The notes under the pieces: model-generated
The model's database searches: none
What the model saw: only the letters and a program-made list of their open reading frames with translations
What the model was told of the DNA's origin: nothing
In this document: positions 1-7,165 of the stretch, piece by piece
Layout: every line of letters begins with the position of its first letter
How positions within the stretch are numbered: the first letter of the stretch is position 1
Translations under genes and position numbers: made by a program
IMG/VR virus record: IMGVR_UViG_3300001199_000001
Coordinates: 214,860-278,859 of that record
Length of the DNA stretch: 64,000 bases
Reading direction: 5' to 3' (one strand)
From: a virus
Lineage: Duplodnaviria; Heunggongvirae; Uroviricota; Caudoviricetes

Positions 1-34
1 GGCTGGCGCGCAGGAGTTGATTGATCAAGGTCAT

Positions 35-289
35 CTAGAGCGCCGTGACCTTCGTCTTCCAGCGCTCAAAGACCCCTGCCGATACCTGAACACAGGCGTA
101 GACATCCTCTTCGGTACGGCCATAGACAATGCGTCCGCCCACGTCGGCGCGGAACTTAGCGTCAGCCTCGACCCCTCCCAGCAAGGCAAGCGCTTCTGCG
201 CGCTTTTGGCCTTCAGGAAGGTTGTTGATGAGGCGTAGAATCTCGTATGAAATTCTACCAACCTGTGTACCGCGAAAGGCTTGATTCAC
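35..289 (-). CDS. hypothetical phage protein
   Basis: 84 aa ORF, AGGAG RBS, downstream of a TTGACA-17-TACCTT promoter at ~308-336. Confidence 0.65.
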   Translation of the reverse strand: MNQAFRGTQVGRISYEILRLINNLPEGQKRAEALALLGGVEADAKFRADVGGRIVYGRTEEDVYACVQVSAGVFERWKTKVTAL

Positions 290-342
290 TTGTATCTCCT
301 TGGATTGAAGGTACCAAGACCTTCGCGGTATGTCAACAGGGT

Positions 343-888
343 TTAACCAGCTTTCTTGAGCTTCGGCGGCTTGGCGGGCTTCACCGACTCGTCGACGAGA
401 TAGTAGTGTGCGACCGGTTGGCTGACCAAGTTGAGGTAGACGGTCTCAATCGGATAGCCGCGCAGCTTCAAATAACTAACCGCCGCACGGACCTGAGCCG
501 AGTTAAGACCAAGCTTCTTGCCGATCTGCGGCGATGAAGCGGGTTTCCCGGTCAAGGCCCGCAGAACACGAGCGTTGTCGCTATCGGCGCGGATCGGCTT
601 GGGCTCATCGCTCGCGCGCGACCGCCACTTCTCAGATACGCGAGAATGTGCTTTGACTTCGTCTATGGGCTTGCCGGTGAGTCTGTGCTCATGGTAAGCA
701 TAACCACCGTTCTCCGGTAGCACCCGACGTGACTCGACGTGATTTGACTTGCGTAGCTGTAGCAAGGCCACGGCGATCTGCGGCGTGGTCAGGCCGGTCG
801 ATTGGCGAAGCGCTTCTGTCGACTGAAAGTCAGTCGTAAGGCCTTCGATGATCTTTTCGCGGTTACCGCGATACTCGTGTACGGGCAC
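343..888 (-). CDS. tandem winged-HTH DNA-binding protein
   Basis: Two repeats of an HTH-like pattern (STEALRQSTGLTTPQIAVAL; SSPQIGKKLGLNSAQVRAAV), each followed by a wing; own promoter at ~954. Confidence 0.6.
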   Translation of the reverse strand: MPVHEYRGNREKIIEGLTTDFQSTEALRQSTGLTTPQIAVALLQLRKSNHVESRRVLPENGGYAYHEHRLTGKPIDEVKAHSRVSEKWRSRASDEPKPIRADSDNARVLRALTGKPASSPQIGKKLGLNSAQVRAAVSYLKLRGYPIETVYLNLVSQPVAHYYLVDESVKPAKPPKLKKAG

Positions 889-1004
889 TTTAGTCCTTCC
901 TAATTTCTCCCCGATAAGGGACCTGTTGCAAAGGTATAGACAAATATCCAGTTTGTCAACACCTTTGTCCTTAATTTATTATGATCCGTTGTGGATAAAT
1001 TCTA

Positions 1005-1217
1005 TCACTCTCGCAAAGCGTAATGGGCCGACTGAACACGTCCCTTGTAGGTCATGATACGGTAGGACGTGTTCAGATTGTTGGCCCGCAATAGCTGCTG
1101 AATGATGCCGCCGACCACGCTTTCGCTAAGGCCTGTCTTATCGGCAAGCTCCAACTTGGTGATGCCGTCCTTATGCTGCTCCATAAGACTGACGATAGCT
1201 TCGCGGTTCTGGCTCAA
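1005..1217 (-). CDS. winged-HTH protein
   Basis: ITKLELADKTGLSESVVGGII motif; C-terminal AHYAL resembles AHYYL of 343-888. Confidence 0.6.
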   Translation of the reverse strand: MSQNREAIVSLMEQHKDGITKLELADKTGLSESVVGGIIQQLLRANNLNTSYRIMTYKGRVQSAHYALRE

Positions 1218-1229
1218 GATCGTTCCTCG

Positions 1230-1487
1230 CTAATGTTCTCTGACGAGCATGTCGGAGTCGTCCCAATGAAAGCCCCGTATGTCGTTCACGAAGTGTTCCA
1301 ATGTCGAGGATGCCATGATCGGTATACGGAATTCCTGCGACAGGCCCATAGCGTGATCGACCGCGTCGGAGAAATCCTTCACAGGGTCGTTGGTGGCGAA
1401 GCGTCTATCAAACGGACCGGGTCCCTGGACGCGGACGGCCTTGTATTTTTGGCCATACTGAATGCTGAGCGTAATTACAGCGTGCAT
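1230..1487 (-). CDS. hypothetical protein
   Basis: ATG overlaps the stop of the upstream ligase-like gene (TAATG); GGAG RBS. Confidence 0.6.
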   Translation of the reverse strand: MHAVITLSIQYGQKYKAVRVQGPGPFDRRFATNDPVKDFSDAVDHAMGLSQEFRIPIMASSTLEHFVNDIRGFHWDDSDMLVREH

Positions 1488-2170
1488 TAAAAGCTCCCGC
1501 TGCGGGCGTGGCGATGACGACACTTGATCTGCGCGCCTTTGTTGGCCTCTTCCTTGACACAGTACTTGAGGGCCGCCTGCGGGTTCTTCAACACCAGACC
1601 TTCATCGGCTGCGTTGTCCCGGACGGAATTGAACAGGCTTTTGAAACCGTCCATGAAATTGGCGAGGATGAAGGTATGGTCGTTGACCTTCAGTGAATCC
1701 TCAGTCTCGCCGATAATCGGGAAAGCATCCGTCAATCGGTCGTAGCGTTCCGCGTACACGGAACCGATCAGATAGGCTCCGTCGGCCACCAAACAGTCAT
1801 GGAGGTAGTTGGTATCCTTAGGCCCGCCTTCGACCTTGGAGTGCAGTAGTTCGGAAACGAACACCCACCAGCCCTTGCCGGGTAGATTCTGAAACGCCCG
1901 CGACGAGGACGCGGTGGGAGCCCACATTGAGTGCGGCTCGCCGTCTCGTTTTGAGCAATGAAGCACCCGTTCGCCGCTGGCGTTGGGCGGGGCGACGGCG
2001 ATCACATTGGAGGTGCCATTCTTCTTGACCTGCGCCACCCAGCCGCGCTTCTCGTAGAAGCCAAGCATGCTCGACGGAATCTTCGCGTCGGTCCCGGCGC
2101 GAACCGGATAGAGGAAGCGATAGTCGTCGTACCTCACCGAGGAGGTTTCAACTTCAAATGCTCGGGTCAC
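1487..2170 (-). CDS. ATP-dependent ligase-like nucleotidyltransferase (adenylation domain only)
   Basis: Motif I QVKKNG, III VSEL, IIIa YLHDCL, IV EGLVLK, V QIKCR; no C-terminal OB domain. Confidence 0.75.
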   Translation of the reverse strand: MTRAFEVETSSVRYDDYRFLYPVRAGTDAKIPSSMLGFYEKRGWVAQVKKNGTSNVIAVAPPNASGERVLHCSKRDGEPHSMWAPTASSSRAFQNLPGKGWWVFVSELLHSKVEGGPKDTNYLHDCLVADGAYLIGSVYAERYDRLTDAFPIIGETEDSLKVNDHTFILANFMDGFKSLFNSVRDNAADEGLVLKNPQAALKYCVKEEANKGAQIKCRHRHARSGSF

Positions 2171-2189
2171 GTTGCCTCCTCTTCTCTAG

Positions 2190-2372
2190 CTAGGCGCGCA
2201 ATCCGCGCGAAGCGAAACGGCTGTTAAAAGAATCCGCCAAACGCCGGGCTGTATCGCCCGATGGAGTCGGGATCAGTCCGCCGTCCGGATAGCGCACCAC
2301 CCAGTCGGTGAAGACCGAGCGGCGCACATCCTTGGGCAGGTCGGCGCGCGGCAGCGCAACGGCCTTGATCAT
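2190..2372 (-). CDS. hypothetical protein
   Basis: Translationally coupled (TGATG) ORF. Confidence 0.5.
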   Translation of the reverse strand: MIKAVALPRADLPKDVRRSVFTDWVVRYPDGGLIPTPSGDTARRLADSFNSRFASRGLRA

Positions 2373-3055
2373 CAGACGGCTACCGTCTCGTCGATCACCG
2401 CGTCGAGCAGTTCATCGACCACATCGAGGCAAGCCTCCAGCGACTCGGTCGTGTCGACCTTGATCGCCTGAGTGGCGACCAGCGGCAGCAGAGTCTCGAT
2501 GGTCGCCCGATCTGGCTTGCCGTCGAGCTTGCGCAGCTTGAAGATGGCGTCGAGCGTTTCATCGCCCTTGGCGCAGACCTTCTTCTTCGACTGGTGCAGG
2601 AAGAGGTCTTCCGGGGCTCCGATCTTGGCGAGGGCCTTTTCGAGCTTGCCGAACAGCACGGCGTCTTCGGCGTACTTCGGGTTGATCACGAAGGTCTCGG
2701 CGATCTCATCGGTGACCAGCAGCGGAATGCCGTGGCGGTTGAGGATTTCCTGCGCATCGACGGTCAGCGCCGAAGATAGATTCTTCAGTTGGATCGAAGC
2801 TGTGGCTTTGCCTTCAATGGCCTTGAAGTTGGCCGGGCGACCGCCCTTGCTGATGCCAGCGTTGATGAAGCGCTCCAGCGTGGCTTCCTTGAGACCGTTG
2901 CACAGGGTCTCGTGCAGGGTCTTCAGAGCCTTGACCACCGCATCGGTGGCGCCGAATTCGGCAAGGCCCTTGATCGGGACCATGTCGTCGGACGACGGCT
3001 TAGCCCGGCGAGGGGCGGGTTGAGCGATAGTCCGGTCTTTCGAGAGAAAAGCCAT
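2372..3055 (-). CDS. hypothetical protein
   Basis: Start reassigned to MAFLSK after a GGAGG RBS and promoter at ~3086-3114; GC3-rich codons. Confidence 0.7.
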   Translation of the reverse strand: MAFLSKDRTIAQPAPRRAKPSSDDMVPIKGLAEFGATDAVVKALKTLHETLCNGLKEATLERFINAGISKGGRPANFKAIEGKATASIQLKNLSSALTVDAQEILNRHGIPLLVTDEIAETFVINPKYAEDAVLFGKLEKALAKIGAPEDLFLHQSKKKVCAKGDETLDAIFKLRKLDGKPDRATIETLLPLVATQAIKVDTTESLEACLDVVDELLDAVIDETVAV

Positions 3056-3129
3056 CCTGGCCTCCGTTGTTGTCGTCACTATGGAAGAATAGCCCACTGC
3101 GCCGTCGGTGTCAACACCCTTAATGCGAT

Positions 3130-3333
3130 TTATCTCCGTGGCGGCAGGGGCTTCACGTCCTCGACCGCCACCTCGTGATAATAACGTGCTTCCCAGCCCG
3201 CTTGCCACTCGTCGAATTTATCCGGAATGCTGTAGTAGGGGTTGCGGTCCTTGCCTCGTCCAATCGCGAAGAAACCCTCGCGCCAAGGACGCGAGCGAAT
3301 CTTAATGCGGGTCTTGGTGTCGGTCAGTCCCAT
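3130..3333 (-). CDS. Rmf/CrpP-like small protein
   Basis: EGFFAIGRGKDRNPY...EWQAGW matches the Rmf-type pattern GxxAxxxG...PY...WxxGW. Confidence 0.55.
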   Translation of the reverse strand: MGLTDTKTRIKIRSRPWREGFFAIGRGKDRNPYYSIPDKFDEWQAGWEARYYHEVAVEDVKPLPPRR

Positions 3334-3743
3334 TCCTCCGCACCCGCTCTCTCGGACGCAGCGAGGTAAAGCGCGATGCGTTGGTTCAGATTGAACGTCG
3401 GCCAGATTTTTTGGATGCCTTCGCTGACGTGATTGCGCCAGTCATGAACCTTACCGGCTGCGCTCCACTTGGGATCGTCCAGATCGTCCGGGAGATCGTA
3501 ATCGTCCGGGTCGAGCCGCAAGTCCTTACGCGTGTAACTATGAGAATCGCGCAGGTCGAGGACCAGCTTCGCAAGACGGATACCAGCGGTGCTGATCGCG
3601 GTCGCGTGGCCATGGATAAAAGAATCGACATCGAAACCAGCCGCAATGATGTGCTGATCGTCGAGCGGTTTGATATCGGAGAGTAAGGTTCCGATCCGTT
3701 TGCGGATTGCCTCGATGGTCAGGGCTTCGATTTGGTCGGTCAT
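3324..3743 (-). CDS. hypothetical protein
   Basis: 139 aa ORF in a co-oriented gene run. Confidence 0.6.
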   Translation of the reverse strand: MTDQIEALTIEAIRKRIGTLLSDIKPLDDQHIIAAGFDVDSFIHGHATAISTAGIRLAKLVLDLRDSHSYTRKDLRLDPDDYDLPDDLDDPKWSAAGKVHDWRNHVSEGIQKIWPTFNLNQRIALYLAASERAGAEEWD

Positions 3744-3888
3744 TTTGTAGTTTCCCGATGTTTCTTGCCCGCCGCCCAGGCTTCGCCGCGTCGCCCGGTA
3801 TAAGGATTGGGCGACGCGGCGGTAGCTTCATAGCCTTCCGACCATGCCGAACGTTCTTGGAACTTTTCCTCGCGGCGTTGGCTAGGAC

Positions 3889-4293
3889 TCACGTCGAAGC
3901 CTTCCGCCGCTTGTTGCCTGCGATGTTGCGGGCAACAATCTTGGCGTGGAAGTGGGTCGGGGCGGGGGCAAGGTAGGTCACCCCCAATTCCTCATCCATC
4001 TCGACCAAGTCCTTGGCCATCTTATAGAGCAAGGTCAGTTGCTTGCCGCGCTCCTTGGCGCCTTTGGCCATCCGCCAGCGGATGACTTGAGCGACGATAG
4101 CCGCGCCTTGGGTCTTGCGGTGGTTGTTGAATGCGTAGCGGCACTCGTCGTTACAGAACTTGGCGCTGTTGCGGCGGCCTTCACCAATGGTCAGCGAGGC
4201 CTTGCACCAACGACAAGCTCCACGCGCCTTCTCGTAGATGGCGGGCTTGCGGGTGCTGGTCGAGGTTTCTTCACAGATCATATCGAAAGCCAT
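3889..4293 (-). CDS. zinc-finger protein
   Basis: CRWC...KFCNDECR; GGAGG RBS; promoter at ~4352. Confidence 0.65.
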   Translation of the reverse strand: MAFDMICEETSTSTRKPAIYEKARGACRWCKASLTIGEGRRNSAKFCNDECRYAFNNHRKTQGAAIVAQVIRWRMAKGAKERGKQLTLLYKMAKDLVEMDEELGVTYLAPAPTHFHAKIVARNIAGNKRRKAST

Positions 4294-4364
4294 CCGGCCC
4301 TCCCGTTGAATGAATTCATCACTATGATAAGATAGCTGACAAATCCCTCGTTGTCAACAGCTTT

Positions 4365-4664
4365 TTAGTAGTCTGGTGAGCCAAAGGCTTGATATTCGTG
4401 ATCGGCGGCGGCGAGGTCATCCAGGCGATGTTCCATCGCCTCTTGAACGTACCAATAGTGAACAAGTTCGCGGGGATCGCGCAGGCCGGTGCGGTACGAG
4501 TTGGCGTAATCGCGACGGTACTGTGCACTATCGACCGGTTCCATCGGCTCGTTAGCGCACTCGTTGGCGCGAGTGATGTCGGCGAGGAAGGCTTCCTCGG
4601 TCTTAGCGAGGTCGTAGACGGCGGCGATAGCGCGGGCTTCAGAAAGGGTGATGGGGTTGTGCAT
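4365..4664 (-). CDS. hypothetical protein
   Basis: 99 aa ORF with GAGG RBS. Confidence 0.6.
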   Translation of the reverse strand: MHNPITLSEARAIAAVYDLAKTEEAFLADITRANECANEPMEPVDSAQYRRDYANSYRTGLRDPRELVHYWYVQEAMEHRLDDLAAADHEYQAFGSPDY

Positions 4665-4666
4665 CT

Positions 4667-4999
4667 TTAATCCTCTGCGGCTTCAAGGACGGCGCGGTCA
4701 AACCAACCAAGATCGGTGAGTTCGTGATCGACAACTTCGACTACTTTCCAGCCGAAGGATTCCCAACGCTGGCTGGACATATGGAAACCGGCGCCGGAGG
4801 GGTCAAGGATGGTCGAAAGGCGCACGCGAACGCGTTTGCCGAGCGAGCCATAGTTGCCGGTTTCTTGCGCATGAAGAAGGGCGTGGATGATATCCGCGTC
4901 GACAGGGTAGCTCTGGCTGTAGCGCAGCATGTCGAGCGGAAAGCCGCCGTAGCGGGAGCCTTCGACATAATAGCCGTAGACGGTGGGACGTTTGGGCAT
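4667..4999 (-). CDS. hypothetical protein
   Basis: Start MPKRP after a GGAGG RBS; promoter at ~5048. Confidence 0.65.
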   Translation of the reverse strand: MPKRPTVYGYYVEGSRYGGFPLDMLRYSQSYPVDADIIHALLHAQETGNYGSLGKRVRVRLSTILDPSGAGFHMSSQRWESFGWKVVEVVDHELTDLGWFDRAVLEAAED

Positions 5000-5067
5000 C
5001 CGTGTTCCTCCAGTTGATGGGCGGAGAATAGCCCAGCGCGTCAGCCATGTCAACAGCTAATAATTGG

Positions 5068-5463
5068 TTAGAAGATATTAGCCGTTTTCAGGATGCCGTA
5101 GGCCACGGCGATACCCCGAATCTCATTGACTACGATCAGCAGGATAACGACGGCTTTGGCGTGCCGGGCGAGAAACCCATAGATCGGCGCGCTGAGCCGA
5201 TGGCTGCGAAACAGCCCGTCGAGCATCCCCAGTTGTCGGGCGAACGGCTTACACAGCAGCTTCAGCGCGCCGACGATCAGCCCGTCGATAAACCTTATCG
5301 GAGCCAGGAGTACGCTAGCTAAGCTGGTGACGTAAGCGTGTACACGGAAGCGCCTAGACGGATCGTAGGCGGCATTCTCAGAGCGAATGGGGCTCGGCTG
5401 CCCGGAACGCGTGGCGCGCTCCTGAGGGCCTTCTAGCGGGTGGCTTGATGGGGTCGGGTTTAT
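5068..5463 (-). CDS. putative membrane protein with ATA start codon
   Basis: 132-codon open frame absent from the ORF track; TTGACA-16-TATAAT promoter, AAGGAG 9 nt before an in-frame ATA; hydrophobic C-terminal half. Confidence 0.4.
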   Translation of the reverse strand: MNPTPSSHPLEGPQERATRSGQPSPIRSENAAYDPSRRFRVHAYVTSLASVLLAPIRFIDGLIVGALKLLCKPFARQLGMLDGLFRSHRLSAPIYGFLARHAKAVVILLIVVNEIRGIAVAYGILKTANIF

Positions 5464-5744
5464 AGCAGTATTCTCCTTGGTGATTTATTATAAACCACGT
5501 TAGGAGAATGTCAACACCATGAATATGGGTCCGGCGAGAGATCAGCCGTTACCGGTGTGCATGGGAGGGACCTAGGATTCAACACTCAATCCGGTTGCCT
5601 AGACGGGACCACCCAAGGCTTTATCCCGCTTTCTCGGCTTATCTCCCGGCCTAGGAACCCGGTACATCCGCCTGTCTTGTTGCCCATTTGGGCGAATTCG
5701 ATGTGATGACGCTGCTATAGCCGTGCGCACAGCCTTGCATCAAG

Positions 5745-5814
5745 TCAGTCGAAGAGGATTCGAACCTCTGGCCTCATCCTCTACGGACGCGCTCTCCCAC
5801 TGAGCTACCAACCG
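5745..5814 (-). tRNA. tRNA-like element with 5-nt anticodon loop, no CCA (pseudo-tRNA or mimic)
   Basis: CGGTTGG-TA-GCTCAGTGGGAGAGC-G-CGTCC-GTAGA-GGATG-AGGCC-AGAGGTTCGAATCCTCT-TCGACTG-A. Confidence 0.65.
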
Positions 5815-5868
5815 ACACGTCATCACACTTTTCGGCCGGACTTTGCTAGCTCTATCGGGCCTACCTAT

Positions 5869-5946
5869 GCGGGACTGCTCTACCCTCTGAGCTACGGTGC
5901 AACCTCTCGGCGGCCCGGTGGGGCTCGAACCCACGTCTTTCCCTAC
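5869..5946 (-). ncRNA. circularly permuted tRNA-like module (YrlA/Y-RNA-like topology)
   Basis: T arm GTGGGTTCGAGCCCCAC precedes an acceptor-like stem closed by a GAGA tetraloop, then D arm TAGCTCAGAGGGTAGAGC. Confidence 0.65.
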
Positions 5947-6248
5947 TCGTTGCCCGTTCGGGCGAAACTTTGGGACGATCTACCGGTCCGGCTAGAAACC
6001 CCCACGTGTGAGGTAACCAATACCTTCGCGGCGGCGAGGCTAACGTCCCTCGAAGCCTTCTACTCGCTTTCCCCGATCTTTCCCGTCCCTTGAAAAGCGC
6101 TTTTCGCAGGACGTTCTCACACCGGTTATTCGCCTACACCGTTTTTGATTCGGTTCGACTTGCCAGCGACCTTTTCAGTGAAGCTGACCAGAAACTTGAA
6201 CTTACGCCAACGGACCGCCACCCAACCGGACGAATTGCACGTCATCGC

Positions 6249-6329
6249 GGCCATGATGCTTCTACCTTTAGACCACCTCCCGGTGCCCGGTTGGTGGGCG
6301 GGGATCGAACCCGCTTTACAACGATGGCC
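6249..6329 (-). ncRNA. second permuted tRNA-like module
   Basis: T arm GCGGGTTCGATCCCCGC, then CCGG-GCA-CCGG hairpin, then D-arm-like GTGGTCTAAAGGTAGAAGC; flanked by GGCCAT/ATGGCC. Confidence 0.5.
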
Positions 6330-6610
6330 CATCTTTGCTGGGCTGTACTATTCCAAGGCCTTTGGAACGCCTGTAGACGATCCGCTGGCGTAAGTTCAAA
6401 CTACTTTCCAGAAGGCTCGCGGATGCTCATCCCGCGAATCAACGCCTTTCGGACTCCCCGCGCTCATAGGGTGTGTACACCACCCTACTCCCGACGGATC
6501 GGAGTGTCCGCACTGCGGTATCCACCCACGTCGCCCTAGTCGGCCGCTCTCTCGTTAACCCCGGCAGAGGTTGTAAGCGTTTGAGCTAGCCTTCTGGAAA
6601 ACAGTTTTGA

Positions 6611-6681
6611 CTGTCAAAGATCGAGGAGCCCGTTGCCGTTCTCCATGGTCTTAAGATAGCAAAGGTTGGAGAGGATGTCAA
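6611..6681 (-). promoter_or_regulatory. sigma70 promoter plus boxB/boxA-like antitermination leader
   Basis: TTGACA(6681-6676)-17-TATCTT; GCAA-loop hairpin followed by GATCTTTGACA (6622-6612). Confidence 0.6.
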
Positions 6682-6705
6682 CAGCTTATTACAACATGTT
6701 TTACA

Positions 6706-6812
6706 CCTTAGGAAAGACCGGAGGAGCCGCATTGCTTAGCCAGCGTCTGCGGCGATCCCGTCACGAGGAGTCTCAGAAGCGTGACCTTCCTACCCTCCGG
6801 CCTGTCCTAAGG
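6706..6812 (-). ncRNA. candidate structured small RNA
   Basis: ~19-bp closing helix CCTTAGGACAGGCCGGAGG / CCTCCGGTCTTTCCTAAGG in an intergenic gap; possible TTGACG-16-TAGCTT promoter upstream. Confidence 0.45.
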
Positions 6813-6939
6813 CGGATACAGAAGCTACTCGGCTAATGTCAGCCGTCAACCATTTATTTTACCGAGCGGCGTTCCGGCGGGGAGCTTATCCGTCAACTCG
6901 GCGATGTCTTCGATAGCCTGCGCTCGCTTGATTATCGGT

Positions 6940-7149
6940 TTACTGAGCGTGGTTGTCATTGGCGCCGTAGCTCCTTTCGATGTAGGCCGTGATACGCGCC
7001 TGTTCAGTCTCGGTCCCCTTGATCTGACCAAGCTCCAGACGTAGTAAGCGCCCACGTGAGGACTCGGTGGGGTCAACGATATTGGCAGAAGCTTCGGCTT
7101 GGGTATGACCCCTCCGCAGCCGAGCCAGATGTAGCGGGTTCTGATTCAC
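6940..7149 (-). CDS. XRE/Cro-like HTH protein
   Basis: GTG start after AGGAG; LHLARLRRGHTQAEAS...LLRLELG. Confidence 0.5.
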   Translation of the reverse strand: MNQNPLHLARLRRGHTQAEASANIVDPTESSRGRLLRLELGQIKGTETEQARITAYIERSYGANDNHAQ

Positions 7150-7165
7150 TGAGAAAACTCCTGGG

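Larger units (their letters stand above)
5525..6646 (-). ncRNA. large multi-domain structured ncRNA (or polycistronic ncRNA precursor) with tRNA-like modules
   Basis: No credible CDS; promoter at 6653-6681; long closing helices (6398-6417/6588-6607, 6196-6214/6381-6399, 5701-5711/5818-5828) whose mismatches are G-U only on the minus strand; three T-arm motifs. Confidence 0.75.

Noticed and set aside
5745-6329. Cluster of canonical tRNA genes
   Set aside because: No element has a 7-nt anticodon loop in a normal cloverleaf plus CCA, and two have permuted arm order.
5740-6539. ORF-track proteins 5740-5934, 6090-6539, 6126-6332, 6145-6393
   Set aside because: No RBS, atypical composition, and they overlap tRNA-like and helical RNA elements.
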